Source: Patescibacteria group bacterium
Lineage (GTDB): Bacteria > Patescibacteriota > Patescibacteriia > Magasanikbacterales > JBBTQS01
Reading direction: 5' to 3'
Assembly: GCA_038065555.1 (NCBI GenBank)
Contig: JBBTQS010000003.1
Location: 26,266 to 90,265 of the forward strand
Length of the DNA: 64,000 nucleotides
Both the position numbers and the translations under genes were made by a program. The notes beneath the pieces are model-generated. The model was not told where the DNA came from. It did not search any database and saw only the letters and a list, made by a program, of their open reading frames with translations. Shown here piece after piece: positions 9,542 through 18,450 of the stretch. The first letter of the stretch is position 1. Each line of letters opens with the position of its first letter.

Positions 9542-9922
9542 ATGAGCAAGACAGTTCAACCCAACAAGCGTTCCTACGACGAGAAAGCCGAAGGCGCACT
9601 GCACACTGCGAGAATGTGCGTAAAACGCAAAAGAGACGAGGGCCACACTGATCCAACAACAGCACTCAAGAACTTTCTGTACTACGCATGGCGCGCAGGC
9701 AGAAGCATTGAGAGCTTTGGCACAACGGACGCAGAACTGCGCGAGATCGCACGCACCTACGAAGTGAACACTGGCGACCGCATCTTGCGACGGCTCAGTG
9801 GCAAGGGCAGCTACAGTCCGAGACAACGCCACAACCTGATCGAGGACGCGCGACGGATCTTCGCCAACGCCGGACTCTCCCAAGCAGAAATCGACCAGCG
9901 ACTCCGACCGTACCCTCGATGA
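9542..9922 (+). CDS. hypothetical protein
   Basis: Second in-frame ATG (MSKTVQPNKRSYDEK...). Basic, soluble; no motif recognised. Followed by a strong terminator. Confidence 0.4.
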   Translation: MSKTVQPNKRSYDEKAEGALHTARMCVKRKRDEGHTDPTTALKNFLYYAWRAGRSIESFGTTDAELREIARTYEVNTGDRILRRLSGKGSYSPRQRHNLIEDARRIFANAGLSQAEIDQRLRPYPR

Positions 9923-9932
9923 CTGTTCGTAC

Positions 9933-9972
9933 AACACCCTACTGAGGATTTCAGTAGGGTGTTCTCATTTTG
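9933..9972. terminator. bidirectional rho-independent terminator
   Basis: 13-bp stem AACACCCTACTGA/TCAGTAGGGTGTT plus TCTCATTTTG, between the convergent genes 9542-9922 (+) and 9988-10776 (-). Confidence 0.6.
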
Positions 9973-9987
9973 TGACGCCGCACGTTG

Positions 9988-10776
9988 CTACCGCTTCTTG
10001 TAACTCACTGGCGTTGCAACATCCCACACAATCTCGAAGAGTGCACGAAGAATATTTGCTAGCACACTACTTTCGATAATAGCAGTCATGCGATTGGGGC
10101 GCTGTGGCAGCGCAATCACGACATTATTGTCATAGACCGTCAGCTCGCCACCAAATTGCATGAGCCCCTTCGCCTGATCCTTCGTCACCCATCGATACAC
10201 GGTATACGGAGACGGACGATACGTACGAATCCACTCACGTCCCTGCGGCGTGTCGAGCAGGAGGATTCGCTCTTTAATTTTTAGTTTGTTGCGATTGCGG
10301 TTGTACGAGCGCGCCCAATCCCACAACTCTGGATCTTGCCAGCACTCCACATCAGTCACAGAAATAATCTCGCCCGTGGCCTGCAATGATTCCTCGTACA
10401 GCCGCGTAACACCCTGCACACCTTCCTGATACCGAATCACTGGCTTTTCATTGTCCTTGTATAGCGCGACAAGATCTGGAAGTAATTGCTCCGCGCTCGC
10501 CACATTTCGCTCCCACTGATTTTTCTTGTTCTTCACGTACTGCAAGAAGCTGCGCGGATGTTCTGCTGTGTACTTGCGCTTCATTTCTGAACCACTAGTT
10601 CGTGTCACCAACCCCAGGAGCCCAAGACGTTCGAGAATAGAGTACCCAAGCGTGCGTGTGATCTGCGCCTTCTTTGTGATTTCAGTAACCGTAGCGGGCC
10701 CCAGTTCTAGGAGAGTGAGGTACACACATGCCTCGTTTTCTTCTAGGCCATAGGAGCGTAATGCAGTATGGAGCAT
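9988..10776 (-). CDS. TrmB-family transcriptional regulator (paralog 2)
   Basis: HTH 'ACVYLTLLELGPATVTEITKKAQITRTLGYSILERLGLLGLV' plus TrmB-like C-terminal domain. Confidence 0.8.
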   Translation of the reverse strand: MLHTALRSYGLEENEACVYLTLLELGPATVTEITKKAQITRTLGYSILERLGLLGLVTRTSGSEMKRKYTAEHPRSFLQYVKNKKNQWERNVASAEQLLPDLVALYKDNEKPVIRYQEGVQGVTRLYEESLQATGEIISVTDVECWQDPELWDWARSYNRNRNKLKIKERILLLDTPQGREWIRTYRPSPYTVYRWVTKDQAKGLMQFGGELTVYDNNVVIALPQRPNRMTAIIESSVLANILRALFEIVWDVATPVSYKKR

Positions 10777-10784
10777 AGAAATGC

Positions 10785-10813
10785 AGCATACTTCGTGGGA
10801 CTTTTTTTGTCAA
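10785..10813 (-). promoter_or_regulatory. sigma70-type promoter (TTGACA-17-TATGCT) for TrmB paralog 2, apparently leaderless
   Basis: On the minus strand: -35 TTGACA (10808-10813), 17-nt spacer, -10 TATGCT (10785-10790). The ATG at 10776 lies about 8 nt downstream of the -10. Confidence 0.4.
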
Positions 10814-10953
10814 AATGGATTTACAATTTTCATTATTTTGTTATTTTTTTGCTAAACACTGAATAGAAAAGTTATATATTTTGTCCAGCTGCATTTTCAA
10901 AAATGACGTATTTACTATGCTGGATGCGGACATGCCACAACAAGGAGAAGTGC

Positions 10954-11856
10954 ATGGGTAACTCGACATATAGCTCGATCATCGATCCCTCATTGTATTG
11001 CCGGATCATGGACGATCATTTCTGTCTCGCTGAGGCAGACGCGGCAGCGATCAGGTTCGTGGAATCATTTCGAGACAACCCGCACTGGAACGGGTACATC
11101 ATGGAGGGAGGGTCTGGCCCCGGACGATTCACGAATAAGCTACACGAGGCGGTGTCTGATGTCACCGTCATCGCAGTAGATCATGATGTCATGTACCAGG
11201 GCTACGCGCGAAATCACTGCAAGCATCGCAATCGTGTGCAGTACATTTTCGGAGATTGCACCAAGCCGCAGAGCTGGCTCTCTGTTCCACTCATCGTGCT
11301 GCAAGGTGTCTTCCACCACTTCCCCACCCAGGACGGGACGCGGGCTCGCGCGCTCCAGACGTTCCGATCCTTCTTGCCATCCGGTGGTCGACTCATCGTC
11401 AGCGACGAGTTTCTGGCTCCGTACGAAGACGAAGAGCAACGAATGTGCAACGCGATCCAGTGGTACAGCCATGTCATCGCACTCGCACAACCCGCGCTTG
11501 CCGTTGAGGAGGCCAAGACACTTCTCGACGATCTTCCGAAGCTCGCAGGACCCAAAACGCGTCACCAGATCAACCTGATCATCCAAACATCGGTCACCAT
11601 CAAGGAACTGGTGACCGATGGTCAACTCCTGGCGGCGCGTGACGCTTCCCTCCAACTCTATTCCGCGCTACTGCGCATGCGCCCCGCGCGCGCACCGCTT
11701 GATTGGACCATGTCACTCTCTCGCGGCGACGAGAAGTGCGACGTACGGCGGTTCCTAGAACTCGCCACACCGTACTTCAAGGTCGTCTCCAGCGAGTCCT
11801 TCGGACCCATGGAAACCTGCGGCGGCTTCGTGGTCTTCGAGTTCGAAGCCATTTAG
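10954..11856 (+). CDS. class I SAM-dependent methyltransferase
   Basis: Motif I-like 'IMEGGSGPGRF' and an acidic-loop 'VIAVDHD' Rossmann signature. Start taken at ATG 10954 (MGNSTY...). Confidence 0.6.
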   Translation: MGNSTYSSIIDPSLYCRIMDDHFCLAEADAAAIRFVESFRDNPHWNGYIMEGGSGPGRFTNKLHEAVSDVTVIAVDHDVMYQGYARNHCKHRNRVQYIFGDCTKPQSWLSVPLIVLQGVFHHFPTQDGTRARALQTFRSFLPSGGRLIVSDEFLAPYEDEEQRMCNAIQWYSHVIALAQPALAVEEAKTLLDDLPKLAGPKTRHQINLIIQTSVTIKELVTDGQLLAARDASLQLYSALLRMRPARAPLDWTMSLSRGDEKCDVRRFLELATPYFKVVSSESFGPMETCGGFVVFEFEAI

Positions 11857-11868
11857 CCAAAAACAACT

Positions 11869-11911
11869 CCACCCTGCACGACGTGAACATTGTGCAGGGT
11901 GGACTATTTTT
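11869..11911. terminator. rho-independent terminator (convergent genes)
   Basis: Stem CCACCCTGCAC/GTGCAGGGTGG followed by ACTATTTTTG. Confidence 0.6.
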
Positions 11912-11937
11912 GTAGGAAGTAATGTATCGAGAAGACA

Positions 11938-12744
11938 CTACACGGGTTCGAACTCCATGATCATCGGCAGATGATCAGACAATGGCAAATCTGGAACCTC
12001 GAATCTCGTCTCGCGTACACCACTGGTGACAAACGTATAATCTGCGAACTCCTGCCAACCCCACTTCCCAGAACCATACGTCGGATGGGCAATACGCATC
12101 TGCGTTCCGCGCGTCGTCGTAATTGCATATTCCTTCACAAGATCGCGATATCCTGCATCAACAAACATCTGCAACGACACCGTCCCAGGTAGCATATTGA
12201 AATCCCCCATCACAATCTTCTCCCCAGGTTGCGCCTGCATGAACGCCAATACACGACGCGATTGCTCCAACCGCTCTGGAGAATCCAACTTGTCATATGG
12301 CCCGCAGGTGCCATGGACATTTGCAATGGTGAGAAGCGTCCCGTTCACGTCGAACTGCACAGCAAACATATTACTTGGCACCGTCCCATAGTCCCCTGGA
12401 ATGAACCCGTTACGCGTACCGCAAATCAGTTGCTCTTCGGTTTTTAGCACGGTACGTGTCTTGCGAACAAATGTCGCACTGCCAGCAGTAATCGGTTCGA
12501 CAGTCGTCATTGTATGATCATAGTACTCTTGGACTGGAGCAAAATACGCATGGAAATCAGGCAGCGCTCCACACAACTCCTCGTATAGATTCGCGCGCGA
12601 CCCACTGCTCACCACTGGCCCAATCGGCGAATCCAATACTTCCTGAAAGCAAAACACATCTGTCGTTGGTGCATGCTCCCGCACAAACGCCATCAACGCA
12701 TCGAAGTAGCGACCACCCCAAATGTTGAACGAGATCATCTTCAT
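11938..12744 (-). CDS. endonuclease/exonuclease/phosphatase (EEP) family protein
   Basis: MKMISFNIWGG... N-terminus and C-terminal 'LSDHLPMIMEF' (SDH catalytic motif) are typical of the EEP fold. Confidence 0.75.
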   Translation of the reverse strand: MKMISFNIWGGRYFDALMAFVREHAPTTDVFCFQEVLDSPIGPVVSSGSRANLYEELCGALPDFHAYFAPVQEYYDHTMTTVEPITAGSATFVRKTRTVLKTEEQLICGTRNGFIPGDYGTVPSNMFAVQFDVNGTLLTIANVHGTCGPYDKLDSPERLEQSRRVLAFMQAQPGEKIVMGDFNMLPGTVSLQMFVDAGYRDLVKEYAITTTRGTQMRIAHPTYGSGKWGWQEFADYTFVTSGVRETRFEVPDLPLSDHLPMIMEFEPV

Positions 12745-12804
12745 ACACCTTGCTGTTTCAAATTTTCTTTAAGTCGATCCACTCTACCAAACACCCTGCA
12801 ACCG

Positions 12805-13275
12805 TCAACGCATCCATTGCGTGTACCACACCACCATTCGCTCACCCCAGAGAAGTGCAATACCACTTCCCACCGCCAAAAACGTTCCAAACGGCAGCGC
12901 GCTCGTGCGCTGATGTGTCCCGCGTAACAGGAGCGCGCCGCCTATGATCGCACCTACTACATACGCAACGTATGTTGCGATGACCGCCGGCCACAACCCA
13001 AGCATGGCTCCCATGAGAGCACCCATACGAATGTCGCCACCACCAATCCAACGTCCGTGAGATACCAAGAACTGTATGAAAAAAAATCCACCAACAACAC
13101 TCGCCCCAGCGACCATAGACCACAGCTGCACATGTCCGCCCACCAGATTCCACACGACCACAACAGCAATCGAAGGCAACGTGATCGCGTCCGGCAGAAT
13201 CCCGTGGCGCAGATCCCACACAAAGAGCACCGCAAGTACTAGCACAAAAAAACTGATTCGAAATATTTCTTCCAT
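12805..13275 (-). CDS. prepilin (type IV leader) peptidase-like membrane protein, A24 family
   Basis: Polytopic membrane protein with the A24 signature 'GGGDIRMGALMGAMLG' (GGGDxK/R...). Confidence 0.6.
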   Translation of the reverse strand: MEEIFRISFFVLVLAVLFVWDLRHGILPDAITLPSIAVVVVWNLVGGHVQLWSMVAGASVVGGFFFIQFLVSHGRWIGGGDIRMGALMGAMLGLWPAVIATYVAYVVGAIIGGALLLRGTHQRTSALPFGTFLAVGSGIALLWGERMVVWYTQWMR

Positions 13276-13302
13276 ACTCCAAGTATAGTCTCAAGAAAGC
13301 CG

Positions 13303-14034
13303 TCAAGCACGCTCCTGGCTCCCCCACGCGTGCTCAAACAACGCGCGTTGCATCTCCGCAATTGTCGCGCTCTCGATCACTACGACCACATAGTCGCCTG
13401 TGAATGAAATGAGGCACACCTTGGACTTCCACACGTACATCATCCCATGGAATTCCGGTCGACTCGGCACAATGCGAACCTGACGCAACTGCTGCTGACC
13501 GAGACGTTTGCGCTCCTGGGCCTTTGCAGAGTTTGGCAAGATCACACGAACAGGAATCTTCCGACGAACACGTTCTTCCACGAAATTCTCAAACTTCTCA
13601 ACTTCGCGAAAAATATCATCAGCAGCGCCAAACGACAGCAGCTCACTCGCCTCCTCAAGAATTTCCTCGAGTACCGTCGCAATTCCTGCTTTCCCTTCAT
13701 ACATGCGTACGCCTGGACGCTTGCGCGAGCGACTATGCATGGCTTCGAGTTCTGGCAATGATTCCTTGAGCAACGACACCCGTTGCTCCATGCGCGCAAG
13801 CACGCGACGCGGCTCCTCGGCACTGAAGTATCGTGCCTTCTTTTTCAAAAACGTGGTCACCATTCCCTTTGCACGCAGCGTTTCTAGTACTTCATACGCG
13901 GTTGACCGAGCCACCGCTGCCTTCTCTGCGATGCGCTGCACCGAAGCGGAACCGAGCTCTAACGCCGCCTTGTAGAGCGCCGTTTCCTTGGTGTTGAGAC
14001 CACAGGTTCTAAGTACTTCTTCAAGATTTGCCAT
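13303..14034 (-). CDS. TrmB-family transcriptional regulator (paralog 3)
   Basis: HTH 'ETALYKAALELGSASVQRIAEKAAVARSTAYEVLETLRAKGMV'; same C-terminal architecture as the other paralogs. Confidence 0.8.
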   Translation of the reverse strand: MANLEEVLRTCGLNTKETALYKAALELGSASVQRIAEKAAVARSTAYEVLETLRAKGMVTTFLKKKARYFSAEEPRRVLARMEQRVSLLKESLPELEAMHSRSRKRPGVRMYEGKAGIATVLEEILEEASELLSFGAADDIFREVEKFENFVEERVRRKIPVRVILPNSAKAQERKRLGQQQLRQVRIVPSRPEFHGMMYVWKSKVCLISFTGDYVVVVIESATIAEMQRALFEHAWGSQERA

Positions 14035-14211
14035 ATTTTGTCGGTAAAAGCGACAACGTTTTTATATCATTTTTGTCAATAAATGTAAAGTATTTTAGAT
14101 TTTCCGTCGGAAAGCCTGTCATTTATTCGCAGACCAGCTATAGTCACCGCACCTTACAAGGGCCAGACAGAGAAGTTCTGCCTGTGACACTGGTGAAAAT
14201 GGAGTCGAATC

Positions 14212-14862
14212 ATGTATGACAAACGACCAGGCTCGCTCCTCTACAACGCATTCGCAGACGAATACAGAATACTAACAGGTGGAGGCACGGACGGGTTCAA
14301 CGCGCTCTGCAGGCTAGCGCGCACTGAAACGAGACCCAAGAGCCAGCCCATCGCCATGCTCATCGATCCCTGTGCACCAATCCAGCTTGCCTGGCTGTTC
14401 GTGGGCATCGATCTGGACTGGTTCAGTGCGATGAATGTGCCCATCACGGCTTCGTTCCAATATCTCGGATCACCACCTGGCTCTACCCAGGCCACACTGA
14501 TCATTCTTCCGGGACAAGAGCTGCCCCAGGCAGGACAAGCTCGTGAGATTCACCTTCCGAAGTGGGAATCATCTTACAGTCTGCAGCGCCTGTTAGACCC
14601 AACGGAGAGTGTCGGACTCCTCCATGGCCTCGTCCCACTGACAGGTCCGGACACATCGATGAACCGCGACGCGTTCCCCAGATGCGCGCAAATTGCCGCA
14701 TCGATCGTACAGACAATCCTCCAGTCCGGGGCGGCTGAAGGATGCATGAGCATCGCACAACGACAAATCCTCACCACCGTGCATCGGTGGTGTCGCGAGA
14801 ACCTTTGGGAATGCCCGACTCTGGAAGAACTGAGGGAAGCGAAGCCCCTGCTCCCAGCGTAG
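14212..14862 (+). CDS. hypothetical protein
   Basis: 216 aa; RBS GGAG 7 nt upstream of the ATG at 14212; no recognisable domain. Confidence 0.5.
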   Translation: MYDKRPGSLLYNAFADEYRILTGGGTDGFNALCRLARTETRPKSQPIAMLIDPCAPIQLAWLFVGIDLDWFSAMNVPITASFQYLGSPPGSTQATLIILPGQELPQAGQAREIHLPKWESSYSLQRLLDPTESVGLLHGLVPLTGPDTSMNRDAFPRCAQIAASIVQTILQSGAAEGCMSIAQRQILTTVHRWCRENLWECPTLEELREAKPLLPA

Positions 14863-14926
14863 GACAACCCCCCAACCAAAAAAGAAACGATCCGCCCTGA
14901 ACACGCACGTGTTGGGGCGGATTCTT

Positions 14927-15583
14927 TTACCGCACGCGCCCAATGACAAATCCATCCCACCCTTTCTCGCCCACCGTCTGAAGCGCCGTCATATCCACGC
15001 GCAATTCAGTTGCAACATGCGCAAAGAATCGCTGCATACCGCGCACATGCTTGTCCTCGGTTGCACCATTGAGCACTTCGCCATCGCGCACCACATTGTC
15101 CACCACAATAACCGTTCCCGGTCGAGAGAGTTGTATTGCCCACTGGAAATAATCAAACGTATGTTGCTTGTCCGCGTCAACAAAAATGAAATCGAACTTC
15201 GCACCAGCCTCTGCAACCAGCTGCGGCATTGTGTCCATCGCCGAGCCGACACGAATTTCCACGCGATCGCCCAACCCCACTGCGTCGAGATTCGCACGCG
15301 CAATTGCAGCGCGCGCAGGATCAATCTCGAGTGTAATAAGCTGTCCATCATCTGGAAGTGCAGATGCAAACCACGCTGTGCTATACCCGCCGAGTGTCCC
15401 GACTTCGAGAACACGCCGTGCTCCACTGATCTGCGCGAGCATGCGCAAAAATTTGCCTTGTGTTGGGGTCACACTGAAGGGAGGCAAGCCGGCAGACTCG
15501 CATGCAGCAGCAACCTGTGCAGGAATAAGGTCGCTAGCTAGCAATTGTTGTTCGAAAAAGTGATCGACTGCTGCGTAGTTCAT
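14927..15583 (-). CDS. class I SAM-dependent O-methyltransferase (caffeoyl-CoA OMT-like)
   Basis: Family-3 OMT signatures 'VLEVGTLGGYSTAWFA' and 'FDFIFVDADKQ'. Confidence 0.8.
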   Translation of the reverse strand: MNYAAVDHFFEQQLLASDLIPAQVAAACESAGLPPFSVTPTQGKFLRMLAQISGARRVLEVGTLGGYSTAWFASALPDDGQLITLEIDPARAAIARANLDAVGLGDRVEIRVGSAMDTMPQLVAEAGAKFDFIFVDADKQHTFDYFQWAIQLSRPGTVIVVDNVVRDGEVLNGATEDKHVRGMQRFFAHVATELRVDMTALQTVGEKGWDGFVIGRVR

Positions 15584-15592
15584 ATATCAGAT

Positions 15593-16150
15593 CTATTTTG
15601 TCTTTGTAGCCTTCGCACCAAAAACCATTTTTCCCAGCAACACCACACCAACCACAGCACGCGCCGAGTACTGAGCACACAGTGCGAGCACTGGGAGCGT
15701 AATGATCACGTGAAACAGCGCTGGAGCAACAATATTGACAACATCCTGTTCAGTTTTACGGTTCTGGTAAATGCGCGCAATGTGTGTGAGACACAACAAC
15801 AATGTACTCACCGCAATAGCACGTGCATGTACCTGCACAAACGGCGCAAGCACATCCCACCACATTCCCCATCCGAGCGCCGGCGCATTCTCAACACCCA
15901 ACGGCTGCGCACTCACGCTGTCGAGGCTCACCATGAAGAATCCGAATTGAAGAAAGAGTACAACTCCGTAGAAGAGCACGAACCCAACAGCCGCACGCCA
16001 CCGCGTGCGCAACTGCGCAACGGTCACTAGGCCCAAGACCACAGCTTCGAAGAAGTACACTGCCAAAATAATAAAGACATCCCACCCAAAGAACCAGACC
16101 CCAACAAGCGGAATCGCATTGCCAATCACTGCTGCTACCGCGCGGACCAT
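15593..16150 (-). CDS. integral membrane protein, unknown function
   Basis: 185 aa with about 5 predicted TM helices; no motif recognised. Confidence 0.5.
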   Translation of the reverse strand: MVRAVAAVIGNAIPLVGVWFFGWDVFIILAVYFFEAVVLGLVTVAQLRTRWRAAVGFVLFYGVVLFLQFGFFMVSLDSVSAQPLGVENAPALGWGMWWDVLAPFVQVHARAIAVSTLLLCLTHIARIYQNRKTEQDVVNIVAPALFHVIITLPVLALCAQYSARAVVGVVLLGKMVFGAKATKTK

Positions 16151-16211
16151 AGCCTATTGATCAATGTTGTCATATGTACACCAGCGTACCATTCTTCACC
16201 CCCTGTGCCCA

Positions 16212-16245
16212 CTCAAAACAAAACAACCTCCTTGGTAGGAGGTTG
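16212..16245 (-). terminator. rho-independent terminator (minus strand) downstream of the acidic micro-ORF
   Basis: Hairpin CAACCTCCT/AGGAGGTTG (16224-16245). On the minus strand it is followed by GTTTTGTTTTG, the complement of 16212-16223. Confidence 0.5.
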
Positions 16246-16261
16246 TCTCAGGTGCAAGCGA

Positions 16262-16372
16262 TTACGCTGCTGCCTCTTCTTCCTCGGCTGGAGCTTCTTC
16301 CTCCACACCTTCTTCAGCTGGCATTTCTGCTGGAGCTTCTGTCGTCTCAACTTCTTCTACTTCTGGTTCCAT
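16262..16372 (-). CDS. 36-aa ultra-acidic micro-protein (candidate)
   Basis: Not in the track because it is shorter than 60 aa. ATG at 16370-16372 to TAA at 16262-16264 encodes MEPEVEEVETTEAPAEMPAEEGVEEEAPAEEEEAAA. Consistent GAA/GAG usage and an immediately following terminator. The plus-strand Leu-rich ORFs over the same DNA are its mirror image. Confidence 0.3.
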   Translation of the reverse strand: MEPEVEEVETTEAPAEMPAEEGVEEEAPAEEEEAAA

Positions 16373-16583
16373 ATATTTGGATTATGAATACATTTGTAGT
16401 ATGCACGGTATAGGATGATCGAGCAAGGGGCGGATCCTATTTTGCAGTTTCAATTCTTGATCGTGTTGCACTGTCCTTGACATTTCCTTATTTTTGTGCT
16501 ATATTACTACGTTTTCTAGTATTGGCCCATTTGCCATGGTGGCGTATGGGTTAAGAAAGAAATGCAGCTCGAGAGAGGCACAC

Positions 16584-17126
16584 ATGTCGCACATCAACTG
16601 GCCAACACTCTTCGCGCACGATGACGAGACACTGCGCAACGCGATTCTCGCGTCCATGAGCATCGAGGCGACGCGGGAGTGGTTCGCCACACAGTATCCG
16701 CACTTGTTCCTTCCAGATTCGGCGGACCGGGCACCCATACCGCTATCGTACCTGCTGCAACGCTTCGAGGCATATCGCAAGAAGGACGAGACGATGCGGC
16801 GCCGCAATCCCAAGCGTGAGCTCGCGACCGGTCTCGCGTGCGCCTGGGCAGGCTTTCCTGAACTGGAGCCGCCGATCGCATCTAGATACGATGCACAACT
16901 GTCGGCCAGCCACAAGGAGCTGGACAACGCATCGATCAGACTCACGGGTGTGATACACCAATGGCCCATGATCCTCTCAGACAACGGGAAGGAGTACGTG
17001 GTGGTACAACTGGACTTCGTGGGCTACGAACCGAAGCTCGGAACTCGTCTCACAGAGAATCGTCTTCTCGACCATCTCGACTTCCTCGAGCTCGTCGAGA
17101 CCAAGTACATCGACTTCAACTCCTGA
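16584..17126 (+). CDS. hypothetical protein
   Basis: ATG at 16584 preceded by GAGAGAGG (spacer 5 nt). 180 aa with no recognised domain. Followed by a strong terminator. Confidence 0.55.
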   Translation: MSHINWPTLFAHDDETLRNAILASMSIEATREWFATQYPHLFLPDSADRAPIPLSYLLQRFEAYRKKDETMRRRNPKRELATGLACAWAGFPELEPPIASRYDAQLSASHKELDNASIRLTGVIHQWPMILSDNGKEYVVVQLDFVGYEPKLGTRLTENRLLDHLDFLELVETKYIDFNS

Positions 17127-17136
17127 CCAACCTCAA

Positions 17137-17172
17137 CCCCGCGTTCACACGAGCGCGGGGTTGTTGTTTTTT
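17137..17172 (+). terminator. rho-independent terminator
   Basis: CCCCGCG-ttcacacga-CGCGGGG followed by TTGTTGTTTTTT. Confidence 0.7.
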
Positions 17173-17272
17173 ACTGCGACCACATCACTTCTAAAAACCA
17201 AGACCGCGTGCCTATTCCACTCGCCTACTAATTCACAAAGGAGGGTCTTCTCTTTTTGAGTGAGCTCCCGAT

Positions 17273-17587
17273 CTACATGCGCTCCAAGAAATCGTGAAGC
17301 ACTTTTTCCGTTGACTCAACAAGCGCCTTTTTGATCACTTCCGGTGCAATACGATTCTGTAAAAAACCTGAGAGTTCCTCCGGGGTACCCATTTGCGTTT
17401 CCTTCAAAGCAGCTTGGTCCTCTGCACTCAGTTGTGACATCAGGGTAGTCATCATGCGCATTGCAACCGCTGCGTCGATCTTCTGCAGCACAGTTGACTT
17501 CTCCTCTTCCGACAAGCCAGCCATCGTAAAAAGCTCCTGCAATGACTCGACAACTCCGCCACCTTGGTTTGCCAAAGGTTGAGTCAT
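17273..17587 (-). CDS. hypothetical helical protein
   Basis: 104 aa, acidic and helical. Start is 2 nt after the stop of the upstream gene, so translationally coupled. Confidence 0.45.
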   Translation of the reverse strand: MTQPLANQGGGVVESLQELFTMAGLSEEEKSTVLQKIDAAVAMRMMTTLMSQLSAEDQAALKETQMGTPEELSGFLQNRIAPEVIKKALVESTEKVLHDFLERM

Positions 17588-17589
17588 AT

Positions 17590-17988
17590 TTATTCATTTT
17601 CGTTAGAGGTTGGCTTCTTAAGCATGCCAAATTTTTCACGGAAGGATTCAAGTCGCAATCCCATATACCCACTAGCGCCCATTGCAAGTATAGCCGACCC
17701 CCCGATGGCCTTTGTAAACCCGACCGCGCTAGCGGTCATACCTGGATTTACAACGCCAGTTTTTTCGAGAAGAAACAGAGCACTTGTGGTAGCCAAGGCG
17801 CCCAGAACCATCACACCATTTGTTTTCATTACGTTGGTCCACCCCTTCGACCAAGATGCTAACCGTTGTTCTTCTGCCTCATACACACCTTCTGCAGCTT
17901 GCAACACCCGGCTATGAAATTGCTCCCGCGTTTCTTCTGGTGTTTGCACGAGCTCAGGGTTGTTTCCTCGTCGTTCTGGATTGTTCAT
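17590..17988 (-). CDS. hypothetical protein with a central hydrophobic segment
   Basis: Start at ATG 17988 (MNNPERRGNN...). One or two hydrophobic helices. Forms a 2-gene operon with 17273-17587. Confidence 0.45.
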   Translation of the reverse strand: MNNPERRGNNPELVQTPEETREQFHSRVLQAAEGVYEAEEQRLASWSKGWTNVMKTNGVMVLGALATTSALFLLEKTGVVNPGMTASAVGFTKAIGGSAILAMGASGYMGLRLESFREKFGMLKKPTSNENE

Positions 17989-18099
17989 ATGCAAAAAGCA
18001 TACACCACTTCTCACTCTCCCAACAAGAAATGCTTATCCACAAATTCCTTTTTGTTGTTGAAAAAAATGAGCTGCTCTACTGAATTCTACGCTTCGGGT

Positions 18100-18271
18100 G
18101 GAATGTAATTCCTCCGACAGTCAAAAAGAATTCTCCCTCGGAGACTTTCGCAGATCGATCGGCCGGCCGAATCAGCCGATAGGCGTGATGCGTTATCCGA
18201 TCGATCGAGAACGAGACGCGATACCCCGGTGAGGGGGGTCGACGTTGTGCTCCGAGGGAGAATTCTTTTTG
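18100..18271. repeat. nested inverted-repeat element adjacent to tRNA-Gly
   Basis: Perfect 22-bp IR CAAAAAGAATTCTCCCTCGGAG (18122-18143) / its complement (18250-18271) encloses 106 nt. Inside are a further perfect 10-bp IR GATCGATCGG (18153-18162) / CCGATCGATC (18197-18206), a GGCCGGCC core and a small CCCCGG-tga-GGGG hairpin. GGAAT-gta-ATTCC sits at 18100-18112. GAATTC recurs three times. Confidence 0.5.
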
Positions 18272-18275
18272 GCGG

Positions 18276-18347
18276 AGCGGGTAGCGGGAGTCGAACCCGC
18301 TTCATCAGTTTGGAAAACTGAGATAATAACCGTTATACGATACCCGC
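18276..18347 (-). tRNA. tRNA-Gly (anticodon UCC)
   Basis: Minus strand: GCGGGTA acceptor stem / TACCCGC. Anticodon stem TCAGT/ACTGA with loop TTTCCAA, anticodon TCC. T-arm GCGGG-TTCGACT-CCCGC. Discriminator T; CCA not encoded. Confidence 0.85.
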
Positions 18348-18450
18348 AAATGTAGCGTGCACTTTGTGCCGACACTGTACCCAATCTCATCGACTTCCGC
18401 AAGTACCTCTCCCATGCTAGGCTAGATACTCAGCAACTGCCACTGTACCT

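Noticed and set aside
16157-16413. Two overlapping plus-strand poly-Leu ORFs (76 and 79 aa)
   Set aside because: Low-complexity mirror image of the GAG/GAA-rich micro-ORF on the opposite strand. They begin with TTG/ATG lacking an RBS and run through the minus-strand terminator.
18087-18402. Two minus-strand ORFs (72 and 69 aa) over the tRNA-Gly region
   Set aside because: They overlap the tRNA gene and the structured repeat and begin with TTG; Arg/Ser/Pro-rich with no coding character.
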